Counted from the stretch's first letter, positions 1-9,248 are shown. The stretch is 36,327 nt of DNA from Bdellovibrionota bacterium (GCA_044352465.1 JBILDU010000019.1:1-36327); one strand, 5' to 3'. Translations and numbers: made by a program. Notes: generated by a model not told the origin, from the letters alone.

Positions 1-1
1 G

Positions 2-706
2 GGATATTTCCAGATTGAGACCGACTCAGATGGTTTGAGACTGTTTTCGAAATCTGAGATTGAGTCGCTCTTTGGGCTTAAACCGATAACAGCTCATCGT
101 CCCAAATCTTCACCACCCCCGAACCCGAGCGCGGCAACAACCCCGGTCACTCCGACCCCAAGCGCGGCGCTCTCAAGTCGAATCGAAATCGCAGTGGAAA
201 CCACAGCGACACCGTTTGAGCTCGAACCAAAATTTGCCGCCACCGTTGTGCGCGCTCCGGTCGAGACGATGGCTCCCCATACCGCTCCCCCGGTAGCAAT
301 TGCCGACACAGGAAAGGTGGACATCGCCCCAGTGACCGAGGAGCCGTCAAACAGGAGCGCGGCGCTCGAAGCCGTTGAACGGGAGGTAACGAAGCTCCAA
401 AATATCGTCGCGCTCCAGGAAAAGCTCCTGGAACTACGCGAAGAGGAGCTCCGAAGCATCAAAGGAGAGCGGGACTGGTTGCGGAGTCGGATTGAGAAGC
501 TTGAGGAGAAGAACGAGCGCGACCAGCTCCTCCTCCTCGCTGAGACGCAGACGGTGCGGCAACTCATCAACTTACAAAATCGCAAGCGCTCGACCGTTCA
601 GTTGGCACTCGAGTGGCTAGGACTCAAGTCACCTCAAGCCGCGCCGGGTCAACCGATCGACATCTCGCCGAGCGCGCCAGCGACACGAGCCGAACAGAAC
701 GGCTAG
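2..706 (+). CDS. MerR-type HTH / coiled-coil protein, 5'-truncated by the window edge
   Basis: The frame is open from position 2 (GYFQIETDSDGLRLFSKSEIESLFG, like the wing of a MerR HTH). It continues with a Pro/Thr-rich linker, a coiled coil (LEAVEREVTKLQNIVALQEKLLELREEEL...) and a short amphipathic segment (VQLALEWLGLK). Confidence 0.6.
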   Translation, partial: GYFQIETDSDGLRLFSKSEIESLFGLKPITAHRPKSSPPPNPSAATTPVTPTPSAALSSRIEIAVETTATPFELEPKFAATVVRAPVETMAPHTAPPVAIADTGKVDIAPVTEEPSNRSAALEAVEREVTKLQNIVALQEKLLELREEELRSIKGERDWLRSRIEKLEEKNERDQLLLLAETQTVRQLINLQNRKRSTVQLALEWLGLKSPQAAPGQPIDISPSAPATRAEQNG

Positions 707-791
707 TCGATAGCAGAGCAGCGGCTTGAACCGTCTTCTCCCCCCTCACCCCATTCAGGGGCTCCCGGTGAGTGGTGGGTGTAAGGCGAAT

Positions 792-822
792 AAAAAAAGG
801 CGGCCTTATGGCCGCCTTTTTT
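792..822. terminator. Bidirectional rho-independent terminator
   Basis: A7-GGCGGCC-ttat-GGCCGCC-T6 between convergent genes. Confidence 0.9.
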
Positions 823-872
823 ATGGGGGTTACCCCCTTTTGTTTGAGCGCCTGACGTTAAACCGCCCGCGC

Positions 873-1679
873 TTAATTCGCCCCCGAGGGAGCCGCCCCC
901 GGCGAAGCCGCGTCGCCAACCTGGACCTCTACGCGGCGGTTTACCGCGCGCGCCCAGTCCTCTTGCTCAGCGAAGATCGGCTGCGATTCACCGAAAGTTA
1001 CGGTGGAGAGCCGATCCGCGGATACCCCGAGAGCAACAAGCTCGGTCCGAACAGCTTCGGCTCTGTCGAGCCCGAGTTTCTCGTTGTAAGCGTCGGTCCC
1101 TACGTAGTCGGTATGGCCCTGAAGAACAACTTTGACCCCACTGGAACCTTGCAAAGTGCGCGCGATCTCGTGCACCCGCCCCTTCCCAAGGTCGTTGAGG
1201 GTGCGTTTATCAAAATCAAACCCGACGTTCGGGAAGTAGACCTGGGCCGGAGCCTGTACGACCGCTGCCGGAGCTGCCTCAACCGGTGCCACCGGTGCCG
1301 CGTTATCGTAGTTAAAAGGGCTCAGCGATCGGCAGTCAGGAGTGCTGTCATCAGCCGTGAAACATTCCGGCTGGCGGTAATCGAAAGGCTCGCGGTAACC
1401 CATAACCGAGCGGGTAGTTTCTGTGGAGCTCGCAAAGTAGCTCAACGGCCGAAATAGCACCTCGCGCGCCACCCACCCTATCGGATGAACAACATAGGCG
1501 AGGACACGCAACGGGTGCGACTCAGATTCACGATACCGTGGCGCCGTGTGATACGTGGCAAGGCCATTATCCGCCGGGATCATCTCCTGCGCCGTGGCCC
1601 CATAGGGTACGAGGGCGATTCCAACGGCTAAAAACAATGAGGTGAAAGCGATAGAGCGTGTGCGCATCCTTTTTCCCAA
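873..1679 (-). CDS. OmpA-family peptidoglycan-binding protein with signal peptide and an uncharacterised N-terminal domain
   Basis: Signal peptide ending ATA-Q. C-terminal OmpA-like motifs: VGFDFDK, QGHTDYVGTDAYNEKLGLDRAEAV, TFGESQP, NRRVEV. Confidence 0.9.
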   Translation of the reverse strand: MGKRMRTRSIAFTSLFLAVGIALVPYGATAQEMIPADNGLATYHTAPRYRESESHPLRVLAYVVHPIGWVAREVLFRPLSYFASSTETTRSVMGYREPFDYRQPECFTADDSTPDCRSLSPFNYDNAAPVAPVEAAPAAVVQAPAQVYFPNVGFDFDKRTLNDLGKGRVHEIARTLQGSSGVKVVLQGHTDYVGTDAYNEKLGLDRAEAVRTELVALGVSADRLSTVTFGESQPIFAEQEDWARAVNRRVEVQVGDAASPGAAPSGAN

Positions 1680-1773
1680 TCTAAAACAGCCTCACTCAAA
1701 AGCGTCCCTCAGAACCCAGAGCGCGGAGTCCAGGCGAAGAGCGGGTCACCGTTGTGCGAGCGCTTACAACCGT

Positions 1774-1801
1774 TAAACGACCGAAATGAGCCGAAACTTT
1801 A
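1774..1801 (-). promoter_or_regulatory. Putative sigma28 (FliA)-type promoter for the OmpA-family gene
   Basis: TAAAG-N15-GTCGTTTA on the minus strand (-35 reads TAAAGTTT), about 95 nt upstream of the start. Confidence 0.45.
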
Positions 1802-2159
1802 CGTATAGGTCAGGTATATCATGGTGCTCATTTGTGAGCCTATACCCTAAACCGCTCCATCTTTGATTCAATCCAGCCCCGCTCGGCTTTACAATTTTGA
1901 TTGCGCCCCCGTCTTAAAGGTTCCGACAACCGGATCCTATCCCCCTTGGCCCTGCCTTCAAGCACTTAACTATTGGGGAAAAGCCATAAAGTCCGCATCG
2001 AAAAAGGGGATCGCTCATCCAACTTAGAACAATAACGTCGTTTAAAAACATCCGGCCTCGACGCACATTCAGCCTGATGAGCCATTTTTGCTTGGGTTTT
2101 CCGTCCTAACCTCCGAAAAAGGAGATGGGAAGATAAACATCTCGGGCAGGGAAAGAGCG

Positions 2160-4532
2160 ATGAAGAGAATCGATCCGCGAATACTTAACGCGCTGGTCCT
2201 GGGAATCTTAGGCCTCACCCTCAATTTGGGAATTAACTCGCTCGGGGGCTCCCCCAGCCTCTCGATGGGGGCGGTCTTCCTATTCATAAGCGCCGGCGCC
2301 ATCGGGGTACCAGGGGCGGTCATATCCTCAACGGTCGCGCTGACTCCAACGGTCTTCTGGAACGGAATGACCTTTGAGTGCTCCCGCCTCTTCCTTCTCT
2401 GCCTGGCGATAGGGTTTTGCAAAGAGCGCGCGCCCCGAGTCCCGCAATTCGTGGTGGTTACAGCTGCGTGGTTTTTCACCCTTGCAGTCGTTGGGACCGG
2501 ATGGCTCGACCGGTGGGTTCCCCCACCAACGCCGTCGTCTGCGATGACACCTTTACTTGAGATAGCGCTCGCGCTGGTTGCTGGCGCGCTCCTTCTCAAT
2601 CCGGTTATCTGGGCGACGCTCGCTCAGCGTCCCCGCGTTCCCTCGGTGAACATGCTCCTTGTGCACGTGGTCACACTCGCCGCCCTCGCAGCGATGTGGG
2701 CCGGACTCGCAGTCTTCGATCCACAGGCTCTCGAATCCCCCTCCCTTTTCGCGACCGCTCTTTGGGGAGGAAAGCTCCTCCTCTGTGGCGTGGCCCTGCC
2801 AGCCCTGGTGGGACTCCGTCTGAGCAAAATCCTCACCCACGACCATCATGAGTGGTTTCGAATCGGTGGGACACCCGGGCGACAAGGTTTTTCCGGCTTG
2901 TCGAGCGACTATTGGCGTCGGAGTGAGTCCGACGATTTTATCCCCGTGAGCGCTTCGGGGTCCCGCTTTCAAGTTACGCCCACCGCCCCCGAGGGAGAGG
3001 AGTCAAGCTCCCCCGCCATCGCGCCCGATCGGGGGATCTGCTCATTGAATCGTGACGGCACGATTACCTTCATCAATCGCCGCTTTGCTAAGCTCAGTGG
3101 CATTAAGAACACCGAAGTCATCGGTAAAAAGATCGACACCGTCGGACTGCCCCCGGAACTGGCGATCCACATCATGAAGGTGATGGAGGAGACCCTCGTA
3201 AAGGGCTCCCGAGTCACCGAATTGAAGCTCAGCCAAGGTGGTGCGTTTCGATTTTTCGAGGTGGCCGCCATGCCAGCTGACCAACTCGAAGAGAGTGCAA
3301 TGAGCGCTGGTCCTGACTGTGCGATCATCACCTTGAAAGACATCACCGACCGGCGCAGCGTCGAGGATCACCTTCTCCAAGCGCAACGCCTCGGCTCCCT
3401 CGGGAACCTCGTGGGGGGCATCTCTCACGCCTTTAACAACTCGCTTACCACGATTATCGGACGCGCGAGCTTTGCGAAGGTTGCCGGCGATAGTGCTGCA
3501 ACCGCGGAGGCGCTTGAGGAGATCCTCGCCGCGGCCACGCGCGCGGGCGAACTGGTGAGACAACTCCGTACCCTCTCCGAGGAGGGGCAGCACCTCATGG
3601 CGGTACACGATCTCAACGGCGTGATCGGCGAACGGGTCGAGTTACTCCGCAATATTGTCGGCGAAAACTACACCCTCAGCTTTAATCCGAATAAAGACGG
3701 CGTCGCGGTTGAATGTGATCCGCTGCTTGTGGCGCAGGCCCTCACAAACGTGGTCCTCAATGCACGGGACGCGTACAACGGGAAAACCGGTACTATCGAG
3801 CTGAGCGTCGCCACCGAAACGCTCGAAGCCGATGTCTCCGACCTCTTCGTCGGCGCTCGTCCGGGCGATTTCGCCCGAATCCGCATTAAAGATACCGGGT
3901 ACGGTATGTGTCCTGAGACCCTTGCCCGCGCCTTTGACCCACTTTTCTCAACGAAACGTGCTACCGGCAATTCCGGACTTGGGCTGTCTATCGTCTACTC
4001 GATTGTGCGCGCGCACGACGGCTTTCTTGCGGCGGAGAGCCATCGCGAAAAGGGTACGACGATTACGATCTATCTGCCGTTAAAAGCAACGCTGGTGGCC
4101 GCACAGGCCAAGCCCCTCGAGCTCCCGGACGGCGGCTTGAGCGGTTCACTCGAGCAACTGCGGAGTGCGGAGCGTGAACGGATACTCGTCGTTGAAGACG
4201 AAGCCCACGTGCGCGACCTCGTCGCAACGATGCTCACCAAGCTGGGGTACGATGTGGTGAGTTGCTCCAACGGCGCTGAAGCGCTTGAGCGAATTCATGA
4301 GCGCGAGTTCGATCTGGTACTCCTTGATATGGTGATGCCCCGTATGAGCGGTACTGATGTTATTGCTTCGATAAAGGGGTCGGGCCGATCAACGCAGTGG
4401 TTGATGATGACGGGTTACGGATTCTCAGCGGACGGGGTCGACAAAGAAACTCCGATCATTCCGAAGCCGTTCGACATCGTCGCGCTTGGGCGCGCGGTGC
4501 GAGACGCGCTGAATCCCTCATCGAGTGGGTGA
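2160..4532 (+). CDS. Membrane-bound hybrid sensor histidine kinase (TM-PAS-HisKA-HATPase-REC)
   Basis: Multi-TM N-terminus; PAS (LNRDGTITFINRRF...LKDIT); H-box GGISHAFNN; N-box NVVLNARDA; G1 DTGYGM; G2 GNSGLGLS; receiver VVEDE/LLDMVMP/PKPF. ATG 2160 preferred over TTG 2088. Confidence 0.9.
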   Translation: MKRIDPRILNALVLGILGLTLNLGINSLGGSPSLSMGAVFLFISAGAIGVPGAVISSTVALTPTVFWNGMTFECSRLFLLCLAIGFCKERAPRVPQFVVVTAAWFFTLAVVGTGWLDRWVPPPTPSSAMTPLLEIALALVAGALLLNPVIWATLAQRPRVPSVNMLLVHVVTLAALAAMWAGLAVFDPQALESPSLFATALWGGKLLLCGVALPALVGLRLSKILTHDHHEWFRIGGTPGRQGFSGLSSDYWRRSESDDFIPVSASGSRFQVTPTAPEGEESSSPAIAPDRGICSLNRDGTITFINRRFAKLSGIKNTEVIGKKIDTVGLPPELAIHIMKVMEETLVKGSRVTELKLSQGGAFRFFEVAAMPADQLEESAMSAGPDCAIITLKDITDRRSVEDHLLQAQRLGSLGNLVGGISHAFNNSLTTIIGRASFAKVAGDSAATAEALEEILAAATRAGELVRQLRTLSEEGQHLMAVHDLNGVIGERVELLRNIVGENYTLSFNPNKDGVAVECDPLLVAQALTNVVLNARDAYNGKTGTIELSVATETLEADVSDLFVGARPGDFARIRIKDTGYGMCPETLARAFDPLFSTKRATGNSGLGLSIVYSIVRAHDGFLAAESHREKGTTITIYLPLKATLVAAQAKPLELPDGGLSGSLEQLRSAERERILVVEDEAHVRDLVATMLTKLGYDVVSCSNGAEALERIHEREFDLVLLDMVMPRMSGTDVIASIKGSGRSTQWLMMTGYGFSADGVDKETPIIPKPFDIVALGRAVRDALNPSSSG

Positions 4533-4558
4533 GCAAGGGCCGCATCTTTTACCCTTTT

Positions 4559-5023
4559 TCAGGGCAACTGCGCCCCGTTCCAGGGATAGCGCCACCCTCG
4601 CGGAACGGTCGAGCCGACTAAAACGCTCAAAACTCCAGCTTCATTGACCGTGACCTCGTACCACGGGAGGTCGGTAGGTGCTGGCCCGCTCAAGACGACT
4701 CCGTCGGAGGAAAAACGGGCCCCGTGACACGGGCACTCGATCGGCGCTTCGGTCGACGTATAAGTGACCAAACATTCTTGATGGGTGCATCGAAGGCTCA
4801 GGGCACCGAACCCTGCCCCATCTCGGACGATGGCGAGCCGCTCAACGGGGCGCACGGTAGCGCCCCAGCGGAATTCCCGAGCAAGTCCGAGCGGAATCGG
4901 AATGGGAACCGCACCGGTCGAAGAACCGGAGTCTCGACAACCTGTTAAGAACGCCGCCCCCAAGGCACAGGCGCTACATTTCAAAAATCGGCGCCGCTCC
5001 TCAAAGCCAGTTCGTAAAGCCAT
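4559..5023 (-). CDS. Rieske [2Fe-2S] protein, Tat-exported, probable lipoprotein
   Basis: ERRRFLK twin-arginine motif, LTG-C lipobox, CTHQEC and CPCHGARF ligand motifs, GPAPTDL. Confidence 0.9.
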   Translation of the reverse strand: MALRTGFEERRRFLKCSACALGAAFLTGCRDSGSSTGAVPIPIPLGLAREFRWGATVRPVERLAIVRDGAGFGALSLRCTHQECLVTYTSTEAPIECPCHGARFSSDGVVLSGPAPTDLPWYEVTVNEAGVLSVLVGSTVPRGWRYPWNGAQLP

Positions 5024-5042
5024 GTCCTCAATCTACCGATAA
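5015..5042 (+). promoter_or_regulatory. Putative sigma28-type promoter for the single-domain response regulator
   Basis: TAAAG-N15-ACCGATAA, close to the FliA consensus. Confidence 0.6.
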
Positions 5043-5167
5043 TTCCTATGAGCTTCGGTGGAGGGCACCTCATTTCCTCGGAAATAAGTGTGTTGTCCGC
5101 CGTGCGACCGGGTAAGCCTATCAGGCTGACACGAGCTGGTGCCACCTATTTCCTGCGGAGGTAGCGC

Positions 5168-5539
5168 ATGGGAACGAAGATCCTCATCGTTGATGACGAC
5201 CCAGTTGTCCGGCTTTTGATGTCCGAATGTCTCTCGTTTCATGGATTTGAGGTGTCGGCGCTCCCGAGCGGGCAAGAGTGCCTCGATCACCTCGCGATCC
5301 ACAATACGGACCTCGTGGTGCTCGACATGTTGATGCCTGATATGAGCGGGGTTGAGGTGCTCAAAGAGCTCAAGAACTCTCCCAAACTTGCCCACCTCCC
5401 GGTAATTATGCTGTCGGCTCTGAATGATACGGAAAGAGTCATCAGCGAGACGAGTACGGTGAAACCGGATGGGGTTCTCCAAAAGCCGTTCAATCTCCAG
5501 TCAGTTCTTGCGGCGGTACGCGCGGTGCAACACGTATAG
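5168..5539 (+). CDS. Single-domain response regulator (CheY-like)
   Basis: ILIVDDD, VVLDMLMP, MLSA, QKPF; GGAGG RBS upstream. Confidence 0.92.
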   Translation: MGTKILIVDDDPVVRLLMSECLSFHGFEVSALPSGQECLDHLAIHNTDLVVLDMLMPDMSGVEVLKELKNSPKLAHLPVIMLSALNDTERVISETSTVKPDGVLQKPFNLQSVLAAVRAVQHV

Positions 5540-5582
5540 CCGCACATACCGCGGCGCGCCGCGGCTCTCCCCTCGATTTATT

Positions 5583-6410
5583 CTACGGGGCGGTTCCAGC
5601 TAAATCGACCATCTCCCGCACCGGCTCAATCGCCACAGCATGCCCCGTAGCTCGCGCCACCGTTACCACACACCCACTCAGAACGACCGCTCCATGGCCG
5701 ATCTTGTACGCATGTGGCATTCCGGTAAGAAAGCGGCGTAGAGCGACGTCGGGGTCCATCCCGATCACGCTCTCGGTTGGTCCACACATACCCAAGTCGC
5801 TCATAAACGCCGTACCTTCTCCGAGGATGGTCTGGTCAGCGGTTTGCACATGGGTGTGCGTCCCAAAAACAAGCGCTACCCGCCCCCGCAGATACCGTGC
5901 CAACGCCATCTTCTCCGAAGTTGCCTCGGCGTGCATGTCGCAGATGATCGCATCACATTCGGCAAGCGGGCCCCGTAAAAGCTCATCTGCCCCACGGAAC
6001 GGACAGTCGAGCGGAAAGTTCATAAAGATACGCCCGAGCAGGTTCATCACCCCCACGCGAAAACCGTCGGAGGATGTCCAGACCACGGCGCCCTTGCCGG
6101 GAGCCCCGGCAGGATAATTAGCTGGCCGGATACAGACATGCGCATTGGTGTCGAGCCAAGGCGCCGCCTCACGGCGCTGCCAGGTGTGATCCCCAAGGGT
6201 CAGGATATCAGCACCGGCCCCAAGGATCTCTCGAGCGCTCTCGGGGTCGATGCCCACGCCTCCGGAGGAGTTCTCGGCGTTCACGATCACCATATCAGCG
6301 CGCACACTTGCTCGTAGCGCCCGCAAGCGCTGCTTCAAAGCGGAGCGCCCCGGTCGCCCCACCACATCACCGAGGCACAAAATTCGAAAGTCGTGTCCAC
6401 TTTGGCTCAT
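5583..6410 (-). CDS. ymdB: YmdB / TIGR00282-family metallophosphoesterase
   Basis: GDVVGRPG, VNAEN, RPANYP, DMHAEATSEK, GTHTHVQTAD, DLGMCGP. Confidence 0.92.
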   Translation of the reverse strand: MSQSGHDFRILCLGDVVGRPGRSALKQRLRALRASVRADMVIVNAENSSGGVGIDPESAREILGAGADILTLGDHTWQRREAAPWLDTNAHVCIRPANYPAGAPGKGAVVWTSSDGFRVGVMNLLGRIFMNFPLDCPFRGADELLRGPLAECDAIICDMHAEATSEKMALARYLRGRVALVFGTHTHVQTADQTILGEGTAFMSDLGMCGPTESVIGMDPDVALRRFLTGMPHAYKIGHGAVVLSGCVVTVARATGHAVAIEPVREMVDLAGTAP

Positions 6411-6412
6411 CC

Positions 6413-7030
6413 TTATCCTCCTATCTCCCCTGGGCTACCCACTCGGATAAATCCCTGTTCGTGACACAACCAATCAACCGCCACATCGTGAGACTCTGTT
6501 GGTACACGATCCACGACCTGAAGCTCCCAGCATACCCCGATCTTAATCGCTCGCTGCATCGCCACGCGACCGAGAAAGCGATCATAATACCCGCCTCCAC
6601 GACCGAGGCGATCACCCGCCCGATCGAAGGCGAGGCCGGGAACTATCACCGCAGTTCGGGGTGCCTCTTTAAGATCAAAAGCTTTCCCCTCCTCGAAACG
6701 CGGCTCCGGAATACCGAAGCTACTCTTCTCCGCGTGAAGCAGCCAGTCCCGCTCAACCGCCATGAACTGCATCGTCCTATCGGGAAGCGTCCGGGGCATG
6801 TAGACACGACGGCGACCGAACTGCCCCTCAATAAACCGCGAGAGATCTACCTCCCCGGGGAAAAAGGCGGTCCACACGAGGACGTGATCGATAACTCCCG
6901 GAAGCTCGGTATCGAGCAATGTCGTCAACTCACGACAAAGATCGTGACTCGCGGCGGCAAGCCATCGCCGGTCGAGGTTTGAAATAACCCGCCGCATCTC
7001 GGCTCGAAGTTCGGAGCGCTTTTTTCCCAC
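6413..7030 (-). CDS. ygfA: 5-formyltetrahydrofolate cyclo-ligase
   Basis: K..LR N-terminus, EVD, FGIPEP, VPGLAFDRAGDRLGRGGGYYDRFL, HDVAVD. Confidence 0.93.
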   Translation of the reverse strand: MGKKRSELRAEMRRVISNLDRRWLAAASHDLCRELTTLLDTELPGVIDHVLVWTAFFPGEVDLSRFIEGQFGRRRVYMPRTLPDRTMQFMAVERDWLLHAEKSSFGIPEPRFEEGKAFDLKEAPRTAVIVPGLAFDRAGDRLGRGGGYYDRFLGRVAMQRAIKIGVCWELQVVDRVPTESHDVAVDWLCHEQGFIRVGSPGEIGG

Positions 7031-7100
7031 GCTAAGCCACCCTAAGAAGAACGTTCATTCGACCGCTGCCACTCCCATCTCGATACATGGACAACCTCAT

Positions 7101-7260
7101 CCGCTCTGCCCGACCACAACAAAAAGACGGTGGAAGACCAGCTATTTCGGGGATATGTGACCGCGCCGCTACTCGCAATCCCCGCGACTAAAACCACCTT
7201 CCCTGCTCGTTCAGCAGCGCCCTCCTCCCGTCACCTCAATTTGAACGGGTGGACGAGCCG
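7101..7260 (-). ncRNA. Candidate 6S RNA (ssrS)-like rod-shaped RNA
   Basis: Lies directly upstream of ygfA on the same strand (the ssrS-ygfA synteny is well established). Hand folding of the minus strand gives nested stems GCUCGUCC/GGGC-GAGC, GGUGG/CCACC, UUAGU/GCUGG and CGGGGAU/AUCCCCG around an asymmetric bubble. No primary-sequence match recognised. Confidence 0.35.
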
Positions 7261-7270
7261 GTGATAGAAT
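7241..7270 (+). promoter_or_regulatory. Putative sigma70 promoter for the M48 peptidase gene
   Basis: TTGAAC-N18-TAGAAT with an extended -10 TGn. Confidence 0.5.
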
Positions 7271-7426
7271 CGAAAAAGAGGTTTTCGGATTCCTAAGAGT
7301 AAGGGATGAAGCGCCGCGCTTCAAGCTCGGTTGAGCGATAATTTTTCGGAAGAGTCTGAATAGGTCCCCACAGAGGATCGTTCGGTAGCTCAATCGAGGC
7401 GAGGCGACTTTAGGGAGTCTTGTTAG

Positions 7427-8080
7427 GTGCACTCGGGAGATAGGTTTATCGCTCTTCACCGGCTCAGCGTTCTTCACCGTGCTGCCAAGCTGCTGTGGTG
7501 CTTGGGCTTCGTTTTATCGCTTATCTCCGCTCCTCAGCTCGCCGCCCAACAGTTCCTGGCGTGCGATCGCGCCGGTGTCGCCGGTAACTCGAAAGTTTCG
7601 GGGCACCAGGAGTGGCTCCGCGATGCTCAGAATCTCCTCCACGCCTTCGCGGGTGACGATCTCAACGCGTACTTCGGGTTTAAGCCCCAACTCCAACTGG
7701 TTGAACATCGAGCGCCAAATGCGTTCGCACTGAGACCCGGTTCAATCGTGGTATCTTCTGGATTGATGGAGCTCACCGGCTCCTCCTCCGAGTTCGCTTT
7801 TATTATTGCCCACGAACTGGGGCACCTCCTCGCCGAGCGGGGCGATCACGCCCATACCCTCGCACCGATTCAGGCTCGTGAAGCCGATACGATGGCGGCT
7901 GAGCTTGCCGCCGACGCATTCGCGATGCGGCTCCTGCGCTCTCGTGGATTCGATCCCACTGCCGGGATCGAGGTGTTACGCAAGATCGAAGCAGCCACCC
8001 GGCGGTCCGGTGCCTCGCCAGAGGCGCTCTATCCGACCATCGAGTCCCGCATTGTAGCGATGAATCTTCCAACCCAGTAG
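7427..8080 (+). CDS. M48-family zinc metallopeptidase, exported
   Basis: PNAFALRPGSIVVSSGL, AHELGH (HEXXH), ELAADAFA, GFDP, YPTIESRI; exact start uncertain. Confidence 0.88.
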   Translation: MHSGDRFIALHRLSVLHRAAKLLWCLGFVLSLISAPQLAAQQFLACDRAGVAGNSKVSGHQEWLRDAQNLLHAFAGDDLNAYFGFKPQLQLVEHRAPNAFALRPGSIVVSSGLMELTGSSSEFAFIIAHELGHLLAERGDHAHTLAPIQAREADTMAAELAADAFAMRLLRSRGFDPTAGIEVLRKIEAATRRSGASPEALYPTIESRIVAMNLPTQ

Positions 8081-8273
8081 CAGGTCTGCCCCGCCCCCTC
8101 CCCCGTAGTTTATTGAGGCCAGTTCGAGCCGCACGGGGTATCAGCCGGCCTTCCCGGCGAGCCTCAGCTTTATACTCGCACAGGAGCCGCCTCACAGCCT
8201 TTAGACGGCCAACCCCGCTTAAATCGCAACGAAGGGCCGCCCCCCTGCGATCTACGAAAAACGTTTATTCATG

Positions 8274-8301
8274 TAAAGATTTCGACCCGTTCGACCGACC
8301 C
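8274..8301 (+). promoter_or_regulatory. Putative sigma28-type promoter for the atypical response regulator operon
   Basis: TAAAG-N15-ACCGACCC. Confidence 0.45.
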
Positions 8302-8492
8302 TAGAGAGAGGAGTGGGGAGTCTAAATCGTTCGTTGGGGCTCAGAGAGGAAGAGGTCTACCTTCCTTGATTTCTGTTCTAACGATATTTGGTGACGTTCT
8401 CACCCCGAGCTTTCGTGGAGTCGGGACCCCGGTCTCGCGCTCCCCGAGGCGCGAACTTTGGATAACTACCGTCTTTCCAACGAGCTTTATTC

Positions 8493-9248
8493 ATGATTCC
8501 CGGTCACGACGATCCGCTATCGCTCACCACAGAGGAGCGGAACAAAGCTGAGATCCTCATCGTTGAATCCGAAAGTATCGATCGCAACAATATGCGAACG
8601 GTTATCAAGTCGCTCGGCTACGGTGCGGTGAGCGATGCGCCGAATCACGCGGCGGCGCTTGAGCGGATTCAGCAACGCCGCTTCAGTCATGTCATATTCG
8701 ACGCACGTAAGACGAATATGCCCCCGAGTGAGTTTCTGGTGAAGGTTTTAGCGCTTGATGCAGGAACGATCTGCGTCCCCTCGTCGTATCAGCCAGCAGT
8801 CGACGATGTGTTCGACCTGCTGATGATCGGCGCGCGGGGCTACCTTGTGAAGCCGTTCAACTCCGACACGGTCGAACAAGCGATCGTTATGGCCACGAAG
8901 GGTGACCCGGTCGCGGATGTCGTCCTCACCGCAAAAGATCGCAATGAAGCGCTCGTCGCGATCATGATGTCGAGCCTCGACAAAGCCTCGACGATTCTGC
9001 GACAAGCTACTCAGTTCGATACCGCCAAAAGGGAGATTCCGCGAGCACTGGCGACCTTCCGCCGATCAGCGGAGCTTGCCCGCACCTTCGCAAAGGGCGG
9101 CGATGACGGCTTAATGCTGGCCCTGGAGAAGTTTTGCATCGAGCGGAGTAAAGGGCCGGCAACCCGCCTGGGCCGACTCCGCAAGCGACTCAAGACGACC
9201 CGAGCTCCCGGACCGAGCGATGAGGGTGAGCAAGCGGATGCGGAATGA
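8493..9248 (+). CDS. Response regulator with atypical receiver and helical C-terminal domain
   Basis: ILIVESE, HVIFD, GARGYLVKPF; about 110-aa helical, basic tail with no recognisable output domain. Confidence 0.8.
   Translation: MIPGHDDPLSLTTEERNKAEILIVESESIDRNNMRTVIKSLGYGAVSDAPNHAAALERIQQRRFSHVIFDARKTNMPPSEFLVKVLALDAGTICVPSSYQPAVDDVFDLLMIGARGYLVKPFNSDTVEQAIVMATKGDPVADVVLTAKDRNEALVAIMMSSLDKASTILRQATQFDTAKREIPRALATFRRSAELARTFAKGGDDGLMLALEKFCIERSKGPATRLGRLRKRLKTTRAPGPSDEGEQADAE

Noticed and set aside
726..1457. 243-aa + strand ORF and the many other overlapping ORFs in the track (e.g. 6308-6982, 20326-21090, 22103-22840, 31039-31752)
   Set aside because: Antisense or off-frame shadows of well-supported genes in GC-rich DNA; no motifs; 726-1457 also runs through a terminator
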